From the NCBI GenBank assembly GCA_020891255.1, contig BQFW01000004.1, forward strand, positions 1,302,001 to 1,366,000: a stretch of DNA of 64,000 nt, in the 5' to 3' direction. The position numbers were made by a program, and so were the translations under genes. The stretch comes from Entomortierella parvispora E1425. Its lineage: Eukaryota; Fungi; Mortierellomycota. The notes below the pieces were generated by a model. It saw only the letters and a list, made by a program, of their open reading frames with translations, did not search any database and was not told the origin of the DNA. Of the stretch, positions 37,834 through 55,940 are shown piece by piece; within the stretch, counting starts at the first letter, position 1, and the number at the start of each line of letters is the position of its first letter.

Positions 37834-38688
37834 ATGGCATCGATTAACAGCCGCTTCGACACAACACCAGCTGCAACTGGAGACTCCTCAGATGGACCAT
37901 GGCTCACTACTTACTCCAGGGGACTTTGTTCTCTCTACCCCAAGGACGAGGACTGCTGTTGGGATGCCCTCCTTTCCTCCCAGATCCAGGAAGAGCGACC
38001 GAACTCACCGTTTGCAAACGAGATCACAGAACCTAGGATCTACCACGCCAATAGCAGCACAATGTTATCAAGAGCACATGGATCCAAGGCCATGCCAATG
38101 TCGTCTGAGGAGAAAGTCAACGAAGCCGCCATCTCTTCAGGAGCCACTGTATACTCAAAGTATGAGAGTGAACAGCAGGCAGCATCGCCAACCGCGATAG
38201 GACGGAGCAGCAGAAATGGAAATCAGGATTCAGTGCAGCTATCAACAGTTATGACAAGTCCTCAGGGTGGCCGACTTCCCCATGCCCTTTGCTCCCTTGG
38301 GTTTGACTGCATCGACTTTATTACCGCCACCGGGGGTCCAGAAGAGGTTGCTGCATCATCTTCCACGGAGACTGCAATGAACTCCTCTCCATCAGCTTAC
38401 CCAAGATCGCTTGCACAAAGGTCCTCGGCAACTGACGTTGGTTGTGTGAGCAGTTTCCATGGACATCCTCAACTCGAAGCAGAAAGCAGGATTCAAGAGG
38501 ATCTGGAAAAGGCAGATATTGCAGAGAGCTGGGCTGCAGCAGTGTGTGGGAAGAGAACGGCAGCTTTGGAACGAAAGAGACTTCTCTCCAGGACATTTAG
38601 TCAAGGCTCCATCGAGCCAGCAAACCACGATCCCTGGTTCGAAACTCTGGATCGGCTATCTCGATGGGACGAAGTTGCCTATCGTTGA
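37834..38688 (+). CDS. Hypothetical S/A-rich protein (284 aa)
   Basis: Long ATG-initiated ORF after a pyrimidine-rich promoter-like tract; no recognisable domain. Confidence 0.5.
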   Translation: MASINSRFDTTPAATGDSSDGPWLTTYSRGLCSLYPKDEDCCWDALLSSQIQEERPNSPFANEITEPRIYHANSSTMLSRAHGSKAMPMSSEEKVNEAAISSGATVYSKYESEQQAASPTAIGRSSRNGNQDSVQLSTVMTSPQGGRLPHALCSLGFDCIDFITATGGPEEVAASSSTETAMNSSPSAYPRSLAQRSSATDVGCVSSFHGHPQLEAESRIQEDLEKADIAESWAAAVCGKRTAALERKRLLSRTFSQGSIEPANHDPWFETLDRLSRWDEVAYR

Positions 38689-39560
38689 CAGACATGATAC
38701 CGCAACTGTAATAAAATTATGGCCTGAAAACCTGTCTCCATAACAATTTGGGTGGATCGGTTGGTTGGAGCGTCGCCATCCACGTCCCTTTATCCGTTAG
38801 ATTGGAGATCAGGGGCGGATCAGGGGCGGATATTCAGTTCCGGCAAAGCTGGGCAGCCGATGCCGTCACCGCTGTTGATTGTTGTTTGATTTCAGGGGGC
38901 AAAGATCCATGACCACCACCACTCTCTTTTTTTGACCACGGATCACTCGTGATGCACTGATCGACTCCTTTTTATTTTATTTCCTTTGACCACGAGTCTG
39001 CAGAGAGTCAACAGTAAACCAGGGACATCGTCCCACCCTGCCCCCTCGGACGTGATATCGTCGTCGTCGTCTTTTTTTTTTTTTTTTTTTTTTTTGCTCC
39101 AGTGTCAGGCCCATGGGCTATGTCGTGTTAGTAAGTCTGCTGCGACAGACTCTCTTCTCAAAGTCAAGGTCATTCTTCCACACTACGTCGACAATGTCTG
39201 TTGCCTTCTGCGCTTTTGACACCTGCCACCGGCTGACTCTTTTGGGGGCAAAGTGTCCCTTGTTGACTTCATCACTGTTTCTTCGTGCCTCTCTCTTTTA
39301 GTTCTCTTTCATCTTCACTCTTTTGTTCGACACTTCCTACTCTTTCGTTTCTCCTTCCACTCGTGCGCTCGCTCGTCGACTCGCCTTCTCGTTTGCATCC
39401 TCTCCCTGCCTGACCGGAGTGTACATTTCTTTCCCACCCGACCCTCTGCTGCCTCCTTCTGTTCAACATATCCACACTCTGATCGGTCTTGTTGAACTCG
39501 CACATCACCCTTGTCGTCATCGCAAGGTAGCTCTTCAAGATTCACATCTGAAGTGAAGAC

Positions 39561-42500
39561 ATGGCAAACAAAGGCGCACAGACATGCGACGGGCTGGCGA
39601 GAGCAATGGGTGCCACTGAAGTGACAGAGGCGCCTTGTTCTTCGGATACCATGTCTGTCTCTCTTGCCGCCACTGATACATCCCTTGCTACCGGGTCTGC
39701 CTCCATAATCTCAACTGCCTCTTCCCCTCCACGCACTTCTCACCCCCCGCCTGTTCAACGCCATCATGATCTGCAGCAGCCGTACAACATCCACCAGCGC
39801 ATTCGGCAGCCCGGCCAAACCCCTGGAGGTCGCTCAGCTGCGTCTCCTTCCATTCGCCAGTCCTGGTTTGTCCCTGCCAACAGAGCGATGCCCTCGACCT
39901 CGTTTCCAGAGACAACTTCAGTCGTGACCCGAACGCCACGTCCGTCCAACACACGATCATCTATTTCTTCCCCTTCCTCTACAACCTCAACCTCTGCCTC
40001 TGCCTCGGCTGTCTCACCCAGCGTCCCTCCGCGAGCTGCCTCCAATCCCAAAGAGCGAAGGAACTTTAGTGGGAGCGCACGATCTAGGCTTTCAAAGATC
40101 GATCGCCTGAATAGGATGACCTTGAATCAGAACACGTCCGCACCCAGTTTGATAGATGTCTCCACTGTTTTCCCCTCACCAGTCTCCCCAATTCGGGGCA
40201 GAATCAACCTGCAATCCCCAACACGATCCACCGCAGAGCCCCCTTACTCATCTTCTACCGTAACTTCACCATCACCATCGGCGTTTATTGACCCTGTGTC
40301 TTCGTCAAAAGCGACCGAATCTGGCTCGGCAGCTGCAGCCTCATCCACTCAAAGTATCAGTCATCCAAGCCATATGACTACACACTCTGGATCGCAGTCG
40401 TCTAATAATTCCTCGGACGATTATCATTCCTCCTCCCTGCCTTCCACACATGGCTTTCCAGATGGCGTAGATGCAGCAGACTCAGACAAAGCAGAGTTGA
40501 AGACTGAAAAGGCGAGCAGGCACACGTCTATGCCACTGACCCTGTTGCGGCCTGGCTGGCGTCTTTACGACGTGCCAGACACGGACGATGCTGACTCTCA
40601 GTACGAGTTTGATCCGTCAGGCACAGGAGACGAGGACAGACATGACTTATTCAACTCGCCTTCGAACGCTTCTTCTACGACCAATTTTGAACACTATCAT
40701 CCTATCCATGGGCGTCAGGATCCTGCCAAGCCCTTTTACTCTACAACCCCCAATGCCTCCAACCTTGATCTCTCTCTTGGGTCTAGTAACTCAATTGACT
40801 CGCCAGTGCTTGCGCCTGCTGACGCATTGTTTACAGGTCTCAACCCTCCCGTCGCCCCAGTCCTAAACACCAAGACTTCCAAGAACAACGGCAAATCACC
40901 TCTGGCATTGAAACGTTCCTCAACGACCTCATTCACAAGTGCGTCCTCGCCTTCAAACACTGTTCTTACCAGGGGATCTCTACCCATGTCCTCGCTGTCC
41001 TCTACAGCCATCCATCGCACAAAGGCTTTGACTGAAGAGCGCCAAAAGATCATTCTCGAAATTCTTCGCACAGAAAGGTCCTATGTTGATGGCCTAATTA
41101 TCCTCCAGACTTTGTTCTACGAGCCACTGAATGCCCCTTACGCGTCCAACCATAGCTTCTCTGGAATGGCCACCATGACCAGTCTTGCTAGTGGCACGGG
41201 TCCATACTTTTCTGCAACCAGCAACAGTGCCTCTCTTGCGCATCCATCCTACTATGCAAGTTCCACTATCGGATCTAATTCAACCCTGGCGTCATCTGCA
41301 GCGCCTTTGCTCAGTAAAAAATCTGTGGGTGAGATCTTCTCCAACTTTTCAGAGATTTTAAAGATCAACACCTTGCTTCTCACCCAGCTCGAGAACAGAA
41401 TCTGCGGCGCCACTTTTTCCACCGGTTGGGAAAGCGACGAAGAAGAGGCAACTGCGGAACGCGAGGATGAATATCGGGGCGAGGACAGGGAGGTTAAAAA
41501 AAGCGGCAGGGGCGATATATCGAACCAAGTATTGGTCACTGTTGGAAGCCAAGGCGGAGAGCGCGAAGAGCTTCTTGTCCTCGATGAAGACTGGTGTGTT
41601 GGTGATATTTTCATTGAGATTGTAGGTCAATCCAGCCAATGACATGCACAGACGAGGATGCCTGATTACGAGTTACTAACCTTTACTCTTGTTTCTTTTG
41701 CGGGTGCTCTTCTTGTTGGAAGGCCCCTTTCCTCAAGATGTATTCCAGCTATGTCAAGACATACACAACAGCGCTAGCTCATATCAACGATTGCATGAAA
41801 AGCAACGAGCGTTTCACGGACTTTATCAAGGTAGTCATTGCGAGCAACACACCTCTTCTTAATGTTGACCTATGACCTAATATGTTCTATAATCTCTCTG
41901 CTCCCAACTAGACAATGGAGCTCAAGCCCGAATGCAAGAGTCTAGGCTTTCAATCCTATCTGATGTTGCCTGTACAGAGAATCCCGCGTTACCGCATGTT
42001 GCTTGAAAGCCTGTTGCGCCACACGCCAGCAGAGCATCCAGATCACCGCATGCTCCGAGCTGCGTTCGAATCCATGGAGGTCACGGCCAGCTTTGTAAAC
42101 GAAACCATTCGTCAGCATGAGATGTTTCGTGAAATGTTGGAATTGCAATCTAAACTCACAGGCCTCTCTGAGCCCTTGGTTATCCCTGGCCGCGTCCTTT
42201 TGAAGAAAGGGGAGGTTTGGAAAATCTGTCGAAGAAATGTCCAGCTCCGAAGAATCTTCCTCTTCTCGGACTGCATCCTCTGGACCAGTCCGAGCTTGAA
42301 TCCCTTGGATGCCACACTTGCCTTGAATCGCAAAGTGGGTCTTGAAAACTGCACGGTCATCGGAGCGGATGATCCTGACCCGACCAAGCACGCATTTCAA
42401 ATCATCAGCCCAGAGAAATCTTCGCAGGTCTATGTTGATACACTGCGTGAAAAAGAGGACTGGATGAACGCCATCCGTCGAGCGACATCCGACTATCTCT

Positions 42501-44228
42501 CTGCCAAGAGGACCCTCAAGATCACAATCACACCTTTTCAAAGTATCAGCGCCGCGGCGACCAACATTGGTGCTGGGTTGTTGAGGCGGGAGACACTTTG
42601 GTCGCCGACGCTTGCCTTTGTGGAATCAAAATCGAGATCTTTTGGTGGTGGCGTCTGTGTCGATCCAGAGATTGACAGAGCCGGATCGGCAGAGTCCACA
42701 GCAGTGATAGGGTGGCACAATGGATTGGAGTCCAGTCATACAAATGCTCAGGCAAATGCAGTCAATCAAAAGAACCAGCAGCCATTGCGGGTGATTGAGA
42801 TCTACAACGCTCCGGTGTGGATTCCAAATCAATCAGCGACACGATGTATGATCTGCCTTGAGGAATTTGGAACTCTCATGAGGTGGAAGCACCATTGCAG
42901 AGTCTGCGGAAAAGTTGTATGCCATGATTGTTCCACGCGGGTAGGTTTCCTGTTCTTGTTGACGTTGCATTGATATAGTGTTATTTGTTATTGGACTCTA
43001 ACAATGTTGTCCCCCTCCCCTAAATTACATAGTCTATCGTCATGAAGGGCACCCATTCTGAGAAGACGGGGCGTGCCTGCGACGATTGTATAGAGACGAT
43101 GTTTCCTGAGGAGGGCGCTATCCACGAGACTCAGATCGTATCTTCTGCTATTCAGGATGATGTCGAAGGTGACAATAATGGGGATCCTCCCCATCACAGC
43201 CGGCAAAGGGATAGTTATCATAGTCTGGACGGCGTATTCATCCGCCCAGAAGACTGTCCTCCTGATACTCCCACTGCTGCCAGTGCTACAGGCATGGTCC
43301 GGGGTTTTGTTGAAGCTGGGTTGAATCGCGTAAGTTAGCCTCCATCTCCTGTACTCACTCCTTGATTCGAGAAGGTGTGGAGTATGTATTTAAAGATTTT
43401 AATAATCATTTCATCATGCTTCGCTTCGCATGGATTAGATGAAGAGTCGGTCTGGGGCAGGGCCTGGATCTCAAGATCTGACAAGAGCACAAAATGACAC
43501 GGCCTCCAAAGAAAACACGAGAGGCAGAAATCGGCGATCGCTGAATTCTGCGGGGAGCAATGGCTCCGATTCAACAAAGGCCTGTGGTCTTTGCAAGACT
43601 GAATTTGGTTTGTTCAAGTGGAAGGTAAACATGCCGCCAAGGGCCTTGTTTTATTGTGCAAGTCTTGTTCAGTGCAACCACTTACCTCTCTACCCTATCG
43701 CTTTTGAAATTTTAACCGTAGTACGTGTGCCAGCAATGCCATCGCACTGTCTGTGCTGACTGTCTGACCAAAAAGCAGATCGATCCTTTTTTTCTGCTCG
43801 GTCTCCAAGCAGAACGCGAAGCCAAAGCTATGGAGAACCGTCTTGCAGATCTTTCAGTTCATTCTTCGCCAACTTCGCCCTCGGGGTCGGCGGAGACTTC
43901 TTCTTTTGCAGGCGAAGATGACTCTACAAAGCCAAAACTGATTCAGAGCGAATCGGATGGTGTCTTGGCGCTGGGCTCGTCTAACACTGGAAGTGGTAAT
44001 GTGCGGCGCGGTGGAAAAGGAAAGACTGACAGCGGTCTTGGTCAAGCAGAGCGACTCTGTGACCCTTGCTATCTTGGTCTATCATCGGACCAAGTCAAGG
44101 TATTGGAGTCTGGTGGAGGTTGGCAATACTACCAAGCCACGTTGGGGAAGCAAACAAGTCATGGGCTCGCAGCGGCCTTGGCAGTTGGACAGGATGACTT
44201 CGATCAAGCAGAGGACGACAAGGAATGA
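39561..44228 (+). CDS. FGD/frabin-like RhoGEF (DH-PH-FYVE plus a second FYVE-like finger); multi-exon
   Basis: ERQKIILEILRTERSYVDGL, APFLKMYSSY, LMLPVQRIPRY (DH); RRIFLFSDCIL...EKEDWMNAI (PH); WIPNQSATRCMICLEEF...KHHCRVCGKVVCHDCS...RACDDC (FYVE). Confidence 0.93.
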
Positions 44229-44429
44229 GGCCATGCTCTTGTAAATTGCCACCAATAAAGTCTAATTTTGCAGGCAGCGCATGCGATGATATTTTCAGTG
44301 ACGGCAACAGAGCGGGGGCGGCGATCTGCTGCCCCCATTCAACATCGAGCAGCATTGAATGCATCACTCGCCAACTGACCTCGTTCCCCTCTACTCACCA
44401 CTTACCTCAAGCCCTCGTTTCCTGCCACC

Positions 44430-47297
<2,868 letters not shown>

Positions 47298-47733
47298 GAG
47301 AGCTGGCACAAATAATAAACGCTGATTTCAATCGGACTGTTACCCAATCGCACACCTTTTTGTCGCTGCTCTGCTGTGTTTGTGCACTGTGTTCCCTCTC
47401 CGTCGTTCGTTCTTCCCTTGCCTCCTTCTCTCCTTCCTCCCTTGCTTCTTTGCTTCTTTGCTTCCTCCTCCTTCCTCCTCCTTCCTCCCTCCCTTCCTCC
47501 TTCTCGCCTTTCTTCTTGCTCTCGCCATTGGTTTCCCATTCTAACGTCATCGTCCTGCACTCCATCACCCCGCATGGACCTCTAGCCCTCTTGCTCTTCG
47601 CCACCAACCTGGCCTTGCTCGGATTCGATCCTCTTGTTTCTTCTCTCTCCCCTCGTTCCTCTCGCGGACCTATATAAACAAACAAATGGATCCACATCCC
47701 ACCCGCTCATCTCAATATCGATACCACTTTGCC

Positions 47734-50700
47734 ATGTCTGCACCGCAAGGCGCAGGCGCTGGCGAAGGAACGACTAATGGCGCAGTGCCTGACATCGCCC
47801 CCACGTCAGCGCACGCCGATGATAAAGAGTCTTCTACGGAGGCTGGTCCTCATATGATTACACCCTCAGCCCCGCGTCTTGCACATCGACAGATTCTCCC
47901 CTTTGCAGATACCTCCTCTCTGTCGATCTCTTCTTCATCCACACACCAGGCGCCTTCTCCACTTTCTTCCCACAACGGTTACTACCACTCCACGGCACTG
48001 TCGCCGTCACCATCAAAGTCTTCCGGATCAACAGAAGCTGGAACGCCAATGGCGACTTTTTCCTCTTCAGTACCACCGTTACCCATTCGATCAAAACCAC
48101 GTCCAATTTTCGACTCAACAGTGAGTGCGGAGGACCACTCGAGCGAGTCAGAACAGAAAGGCGCCGACGGATCACCAGAGGGCGTGGATGCAGCAACAGC
48201 AGCCTCCGATGTTGCTCAGCATTGCTTACTGTTTCCCACTTATGCCACTCGATACTCTCGATCAGGTACTAATACGCAAGGATAATGAAGACTGTTCACC
48301 CCTGCTTCCTGATGCACTCATTTTCGCAGGGGTCACGCAACGCCTACAGTGTTTCGATGATTTCTCATGTGTGTTTACCACAAGACTGAGGGAAGAGTCA
48401 ACAGGCTGATCATGCTGTTCTCTCATTGCTGCATGCTGTGTCATAGGTTCCAAAGACCCTCTTGACTGGAATATCCGCGTGAAGGGCTGGGCATTTTCGA
48501 AACGATCCAACAGAAGGACACGACTTGTCATGAGTAGGTTGACTGAAGATTTTGCAGTGGTGCCACAGAATGCGGGTTGATAAAATTAACTCTCAAACGT
48601 GCTCTGCGAGCCACCTGTTCGACGAATCGCGCTCGTTCCTTGCGAGCGAGAGCACGCGGGTCCGGAAAAAGTGGACCGAACCAGCACTGGATTGTAATTC
48701 TGACCGATCGGTCTTTTTTTCTTTTGACGCAAACGTAGGCATGGCACGCAAGATCGCAGGCGTGACCAAAGATAACAAGGTCCATGAAATCTTGGACTCC
48801 AGGATCGGGATGTTCCTGGCAAGCAACACTCAAGGCGCCAAGTTCTCAATCCAATGTGTCGGTGTTGCTTCCACAAATCATATGGAGATTGCTGAGAGCG
48901 ACCTGTCTGAATCAGAGGCGACCGATGGCGGTGTACTTGCAGATAGAGGAAGTACCCTCAATGGACTGGACAGTGGCGCGGAGCAGTCCAAGACTGCGGT
49001 CGACGTACTAAAGCAAAATCTTGCTGACGAAACTCTGGATAGCAATATTTCTGCAGCGCTGGCGCACGCAGAAGTTGAACTTGAATCGGCAGCAGCAGAG
49101 AAACAGGAACGTGAGATGTTTCGAAAGTCACTAGAACTCGGAGGTCTACTTGTATCTGATCAGGATGGCGAAATGGTCGTAGCCTCCATGTCTACAGGAA
49201 ACGATGATTCATTGTTGGAGAATGTGGACGAGGAGAGTGACGGTCTCGACGCCGATGAGCCTGGCTCATTGAGAGTTCAAAAAAGTGTAATGGTTAAACA
49301 AGAAAGCTCATTCAGGACCACCTATCACAGTCAAAGAACGAGCGACAAGCTGGAAGTGGTCACCGTTGAAACAGTGGAAAAAACTGTCCGCTATCGACCT
49401 GGCTCCGAAATCCCGTTATCCCAGTTGGAAAATGAGAGGGCCTTTCCTGTTCGCTTTGGAAAAGGAGCGGCATCTTTGGTGAAAAGTGTGATAAGGCGGT
49501 ACAAGCCTGCTTCTGAAGATACAGATGGCCAGGAGAGTTATGGGAGGAGCTGGCCCGAGGCGGGACGAAGGCTTCACCCAGCTGGAGTGTCCCACAGTAG
49601 TGTTATGGACAGGAATGGCCCGGACTTGACGGCAGAAAGCGATGCTCCTTACTCGAATATAAGCTTGACCTCGCGGCATTCTCCTGCAGGACTTGACAAG
49701 AGACTTGGCGAAGATAGACGAACAGGGCAGGACCAAGGTGTTGAGCCGCGGTCTATGACTGTCCTTGAAGATCTAGGGGGCGGCATTTTCCCAACTATTC
49801 ATGTCTCCTCAAGGCCAGGAGGGCATTTTGGTGGTACTTTGAGAGTCAGTCATGAGGAGGTACAAGCTCTTGCAGCCAGTCCTGCAGCGAACAATCCATC
49901 CCACCAACGGCCTCCAAAATTTTTGCGCCTTCAGGGACAACATGAAGGGATGCATGAGCACAGCCACGGGATTGTGAACTTGATCGATCCAGAGGGTATT
50001 TCAGTCATTTCTGATATCGACGATACAATCAAAGAGACTAACGTCACTGCAGGAGCGCGTGTCATACTTCGAAACACGTTTTTGCGCGCAATGCAGGAAG
50101 TGCCTGGCATGGCTACCGTATACAAGCGCTGGTGGGATCGAGGGGCAGCATTTCATTATGTTTCAAATTCGCCCTGGCAATTGATTCCAAGTTTGTTGGA
50201 GTTCTTCCACACCCATTTGTTTCCACCTGGATCCGCTCACCTGAGGTTGCACGACAGCATGCTCAAGACCTATTTTAATAGAGCACCACCTGGGGAACAC
50301 AAGCGTCGAAGTATCCGAGAGTTGCTCATGGATTTTCCTGATCGAAAGTTTATCCTTGTTGGCGATAGTGGTGAAATTGATATGGAGATGTACGTTGCTG
50401 GGGCAGTAGCTTTCCTGTTGGAAAATACTAATTCAATACGAACATCAAACTGACATTTCATGGTTCATTGTGATCTTAGATATACCGAAATGGCGCTTGA
50501 GCACCCAGGTCAAGTTGTCAAGATCTTCATTCGGGACCTGTCCAAGTCTCGGTCCAGAGCTGCCGAGGTGTTGGCCCAGAATCAGGCTGCAATGGCTGAA
50601 CAGGAGGCAGAACTAGACTCGGACCAAAAACTTTATCCTCAGTCTCAACCGCCTTCGGCAAAAACATCGCCTTCACTCATGAGTCGTTCATTCTCCTCAT

Positions 50701-52091
50701 TGCTTCTCATTTCCAGCAACAGGAACAACCAGAGTGGACCAAATGGATTCACAAGCAGCGGTCCTTCAGCTTCGAGTGGGATTTCTGGGTTCTTTGCAAA
50801 TCGACGAGGAAGCGTGAACAGTACCATCAGTGATACAAGCGCAACCATTGGAAGTGCCAAGGACTCTACAACTCCGACCATCACAAGATCCTCGTCACCA
50901 ACGAAGATGTCTACGACAATACTGGGAGACCATGAAGGCTCGCTTGGACCCATGATGGAGCCAAGTGGGCCACTGGATACTGCAAACACGCTTTTTCAGC
51001 AGCAAAACCAACAGCAACGAGCATCGTCTTCTTCATCTCCTTCGTCTCCGATGAGAAGTCCAAGATATTTATTTTCAAGGACTAGAGCATCCACCTCATC
51101 CTCCCTGCATTCGAGCACACTGTCACCTCAAGATACAGTGGCGCCAGCCACGAGTGGATCTCCTCCTCATGCATACTCAAAGCAAATCCTTGGTGACACG
51201 GGGTCAGGAGAATCAGGAGCAACAATGAACTTTAGGACGATTATAAGCCAGTCGGGGTTAGCATTCAAGAGAAAGTCATCTTCGGCCACCAATCTTCTAT
51301 CCAATCTCTCTAAAGGCAATAGCAGCAACAGTTCTCTTTCTGATGCCGATCATGTGAGCAGCTCCACCGGCCGTGTTGGTTCTGAGGCCATCAATATCAC
51401 TGATAAAGGCAGGAAGAACGGATGGGCGGGCTTTCGGAGAAGGAGAGGGAGTATGTCCCCCGGATCACCTTTGTCGTCATCGCTCACCATGTCTTTGGCA
51501 GTGTCAACGGCGGAAGAGTCCTCTACTGGATATCAAGCCTATCCTTTCCCAGCAGTTGGGAGCTACACTTCCGCTGGCTTGGATCAAGACAATCTTTTTC
51601 TTGGGGATCAAAACACACACGAGTCGGAAGAGGATGGACTGACCGACGCCGAGCCACTGGGATCCTCATTTGTTGACGCCAACGATTTCGATCACGGCAG
51701 TGACCATCGGTTACATTTGCCCCCTCCTCTACCCGCCAGAAAGACTGCTACGCCCACGAGGTTGAGCTCCTTTACGAATCTCTTCTCGACTGTGTCCTCT
51801 TCCTCTACACCCTCGTCCTCGACCACATCTCCTCTGATGCATTCAGCTATGCCGTTTGGAGGATCAGACACCGCACAGGCGACGCCAGGCACACCTAATA
51901 CCCCCAATGCTTCTAACAACGCCGCGACTTTACACGCCGAGACACTTTGGCAAGAGAGAATGGACCGCTGTAAGCGAAAGCTACCGAGCCCAGATATGCT
52001 TTCCATGTTTGAGTCTGCGGAGGAGATGGACCAGTGCTCAATCGTGTCTGGCCTTTTTCGAGATCTGCAGGGACATGCAGAGGATATTTAA
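47734..52091 (+). CDS. App1-like phosphatidate phosphatase (DUF2183) with large disordered regions; multi-exon
   Basis: LLFPTYA, GISVISDIDDTIK (DxDxT), FHYVSNSPWQL, FPPGSAHL, FPDRKFILVGDSGEIDME|IY...KIFIRDL. Confidence 0.88.
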
Positions 52092-52322
52092 TCGTGCCAG
52101 CAATAAAGGCTCTTTCTTCTCTTCTCGTCACGAAAAAAAGAAAAAGGAAAAGGGAGCACGTGACGACAGGAGGAGGAGGAGCGAGGAGCACTCCATGCGT
52201 TGAATGATGCACGGGCACTCATTCTTTCTTTCCCGCCCTCATTTCTGCAACTCTCCCCTCCCCCGCTCTTCTCTCTCTTTGCCAGCACTGCAAACAAAGC
52301 ATAGAATAGCACAGCAACAACC

Positions 52323-54558
<2,236 letters not shown>

Positions 54559-55940
54559 AGTGATGTCTCCCTTTCACAGCTAAACCGTGTAAATGAATAA
54601 AATCGTGGGAATAAGTTAGTTCATAATAAGAAGGCTGACAATTAATATCACAAACATCAAGGTAGCTTGCTGTAACTGATCATCCAAGGTAACGCAGCAG
54701 AAGGAAATGTTTAGAGGTCAGGACTCTATGAATAAGCATTGATGTGTATGACAGGGAGGTAGAAAAACACATGCAGCCATAGGCAGCTTTTTGCTGGCCT
54801 CTGGAGCTGAGCGACGGCCTCCACAAATAGTGCGGGATAAGGAAAGGGTTGCGTCGGTTCATCTCGATCTGGATCGACCTCCTCAGAACCTCCCTGCTCT
54901 GGTGCGGCACTCGACTCTGCATCTGGAATTGAGCAGAACTTTGGCGGTCTTGCTTGAGATACGCAATATTTTCCGGTCTCACCACGTTCCCTGTGCTGCG
55001 AGAACGCGTCCCATTTTTGGCGAGGGGCACTGTGGGATTGTAAAAAAATCTCCGAGACCAGCAATTAATTTGGTTCCTCTCTTTCCTCCCTTTTTTACAC
55101 TTGGTTCCGTTCACTAGGGCGGCCTGCAATTAGTATTCAGGAGAACAACACAACTATACAATGCCCCCCGCCGCGTTTGTGTATTGCCGCGGCTGCAGCC
55201 TATTCTACGAAAACATTGCTTTTCTCTTGCCCACTGTGGTTAATTTGAAAATCCTGGAGCCTCCTAAAAATTGTAAGCTGCCTCCTCCTATGTTCAATTC
55301 TGCATTCACATATCAACGCCAAGTATCGTCCTATTTTATTCATTTCCAAACACCTGTCCATTCCGCCAGACGTAAGTGTCACACATGAAAATCTGCGGCC
55401 GCTTGTGTCCGAAAATGGGAACAACTGCACCAGTGGAGTAGCAGTAATACAAACAGGTTATAGTCGGTTGGCAAGAATTGCAAAAGTTTGAGAGCAAAAA
55501 GTTCTTGGAAAGCACCTTTTGTACTTTCCAGGTGCTTTCTGCCTGTCCATATATTATAATCGTCCACCCTTGGTTTTGAATATTCTCTGAAGCAAAATTA
55601 TAAAACAACTGATGAAAAAGTCCTTGCCCTTCGAGGTTGCTAAATCCCATGCTAAACATTTTTCGTGCCACATGAAAGAGATAGAAGGGAGCAAGCGCTA
55701 ACCTCCACTGCACTCTTCTTCACTGACCATGGAGTTCCATTTAAGATTGCGGCTTTTCAAAAGTCGCTTTTTACCATCCAAAGCGCCCCCCTCGCCCTCC
55801 TTCAAATACAGTGACGTTAATTCTTGACGATGTTCCTTTCTTCACTTATCCCTCTTGTGTCTCTCTTCTGCCCTTTCTCCTTGTCCTCCTCCCTTTGAAA
55901 AAAACAAAAAAAAAAAAAAAGAAAAAAGAAATATAGCACC

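Noticed and set aside
38808-38831. Tandem ATCAGGGGCGG x2 (GC-box-like)
   Set aside because: Too short to distinguish from chance slippage.
55600-55660. CTGATGA...AAAGTCC resembling a hammerhead or RNase MRP core
   Set aside because: No stem II/GAAA for a hammerhead and no matching P4 partner strand for MRP.
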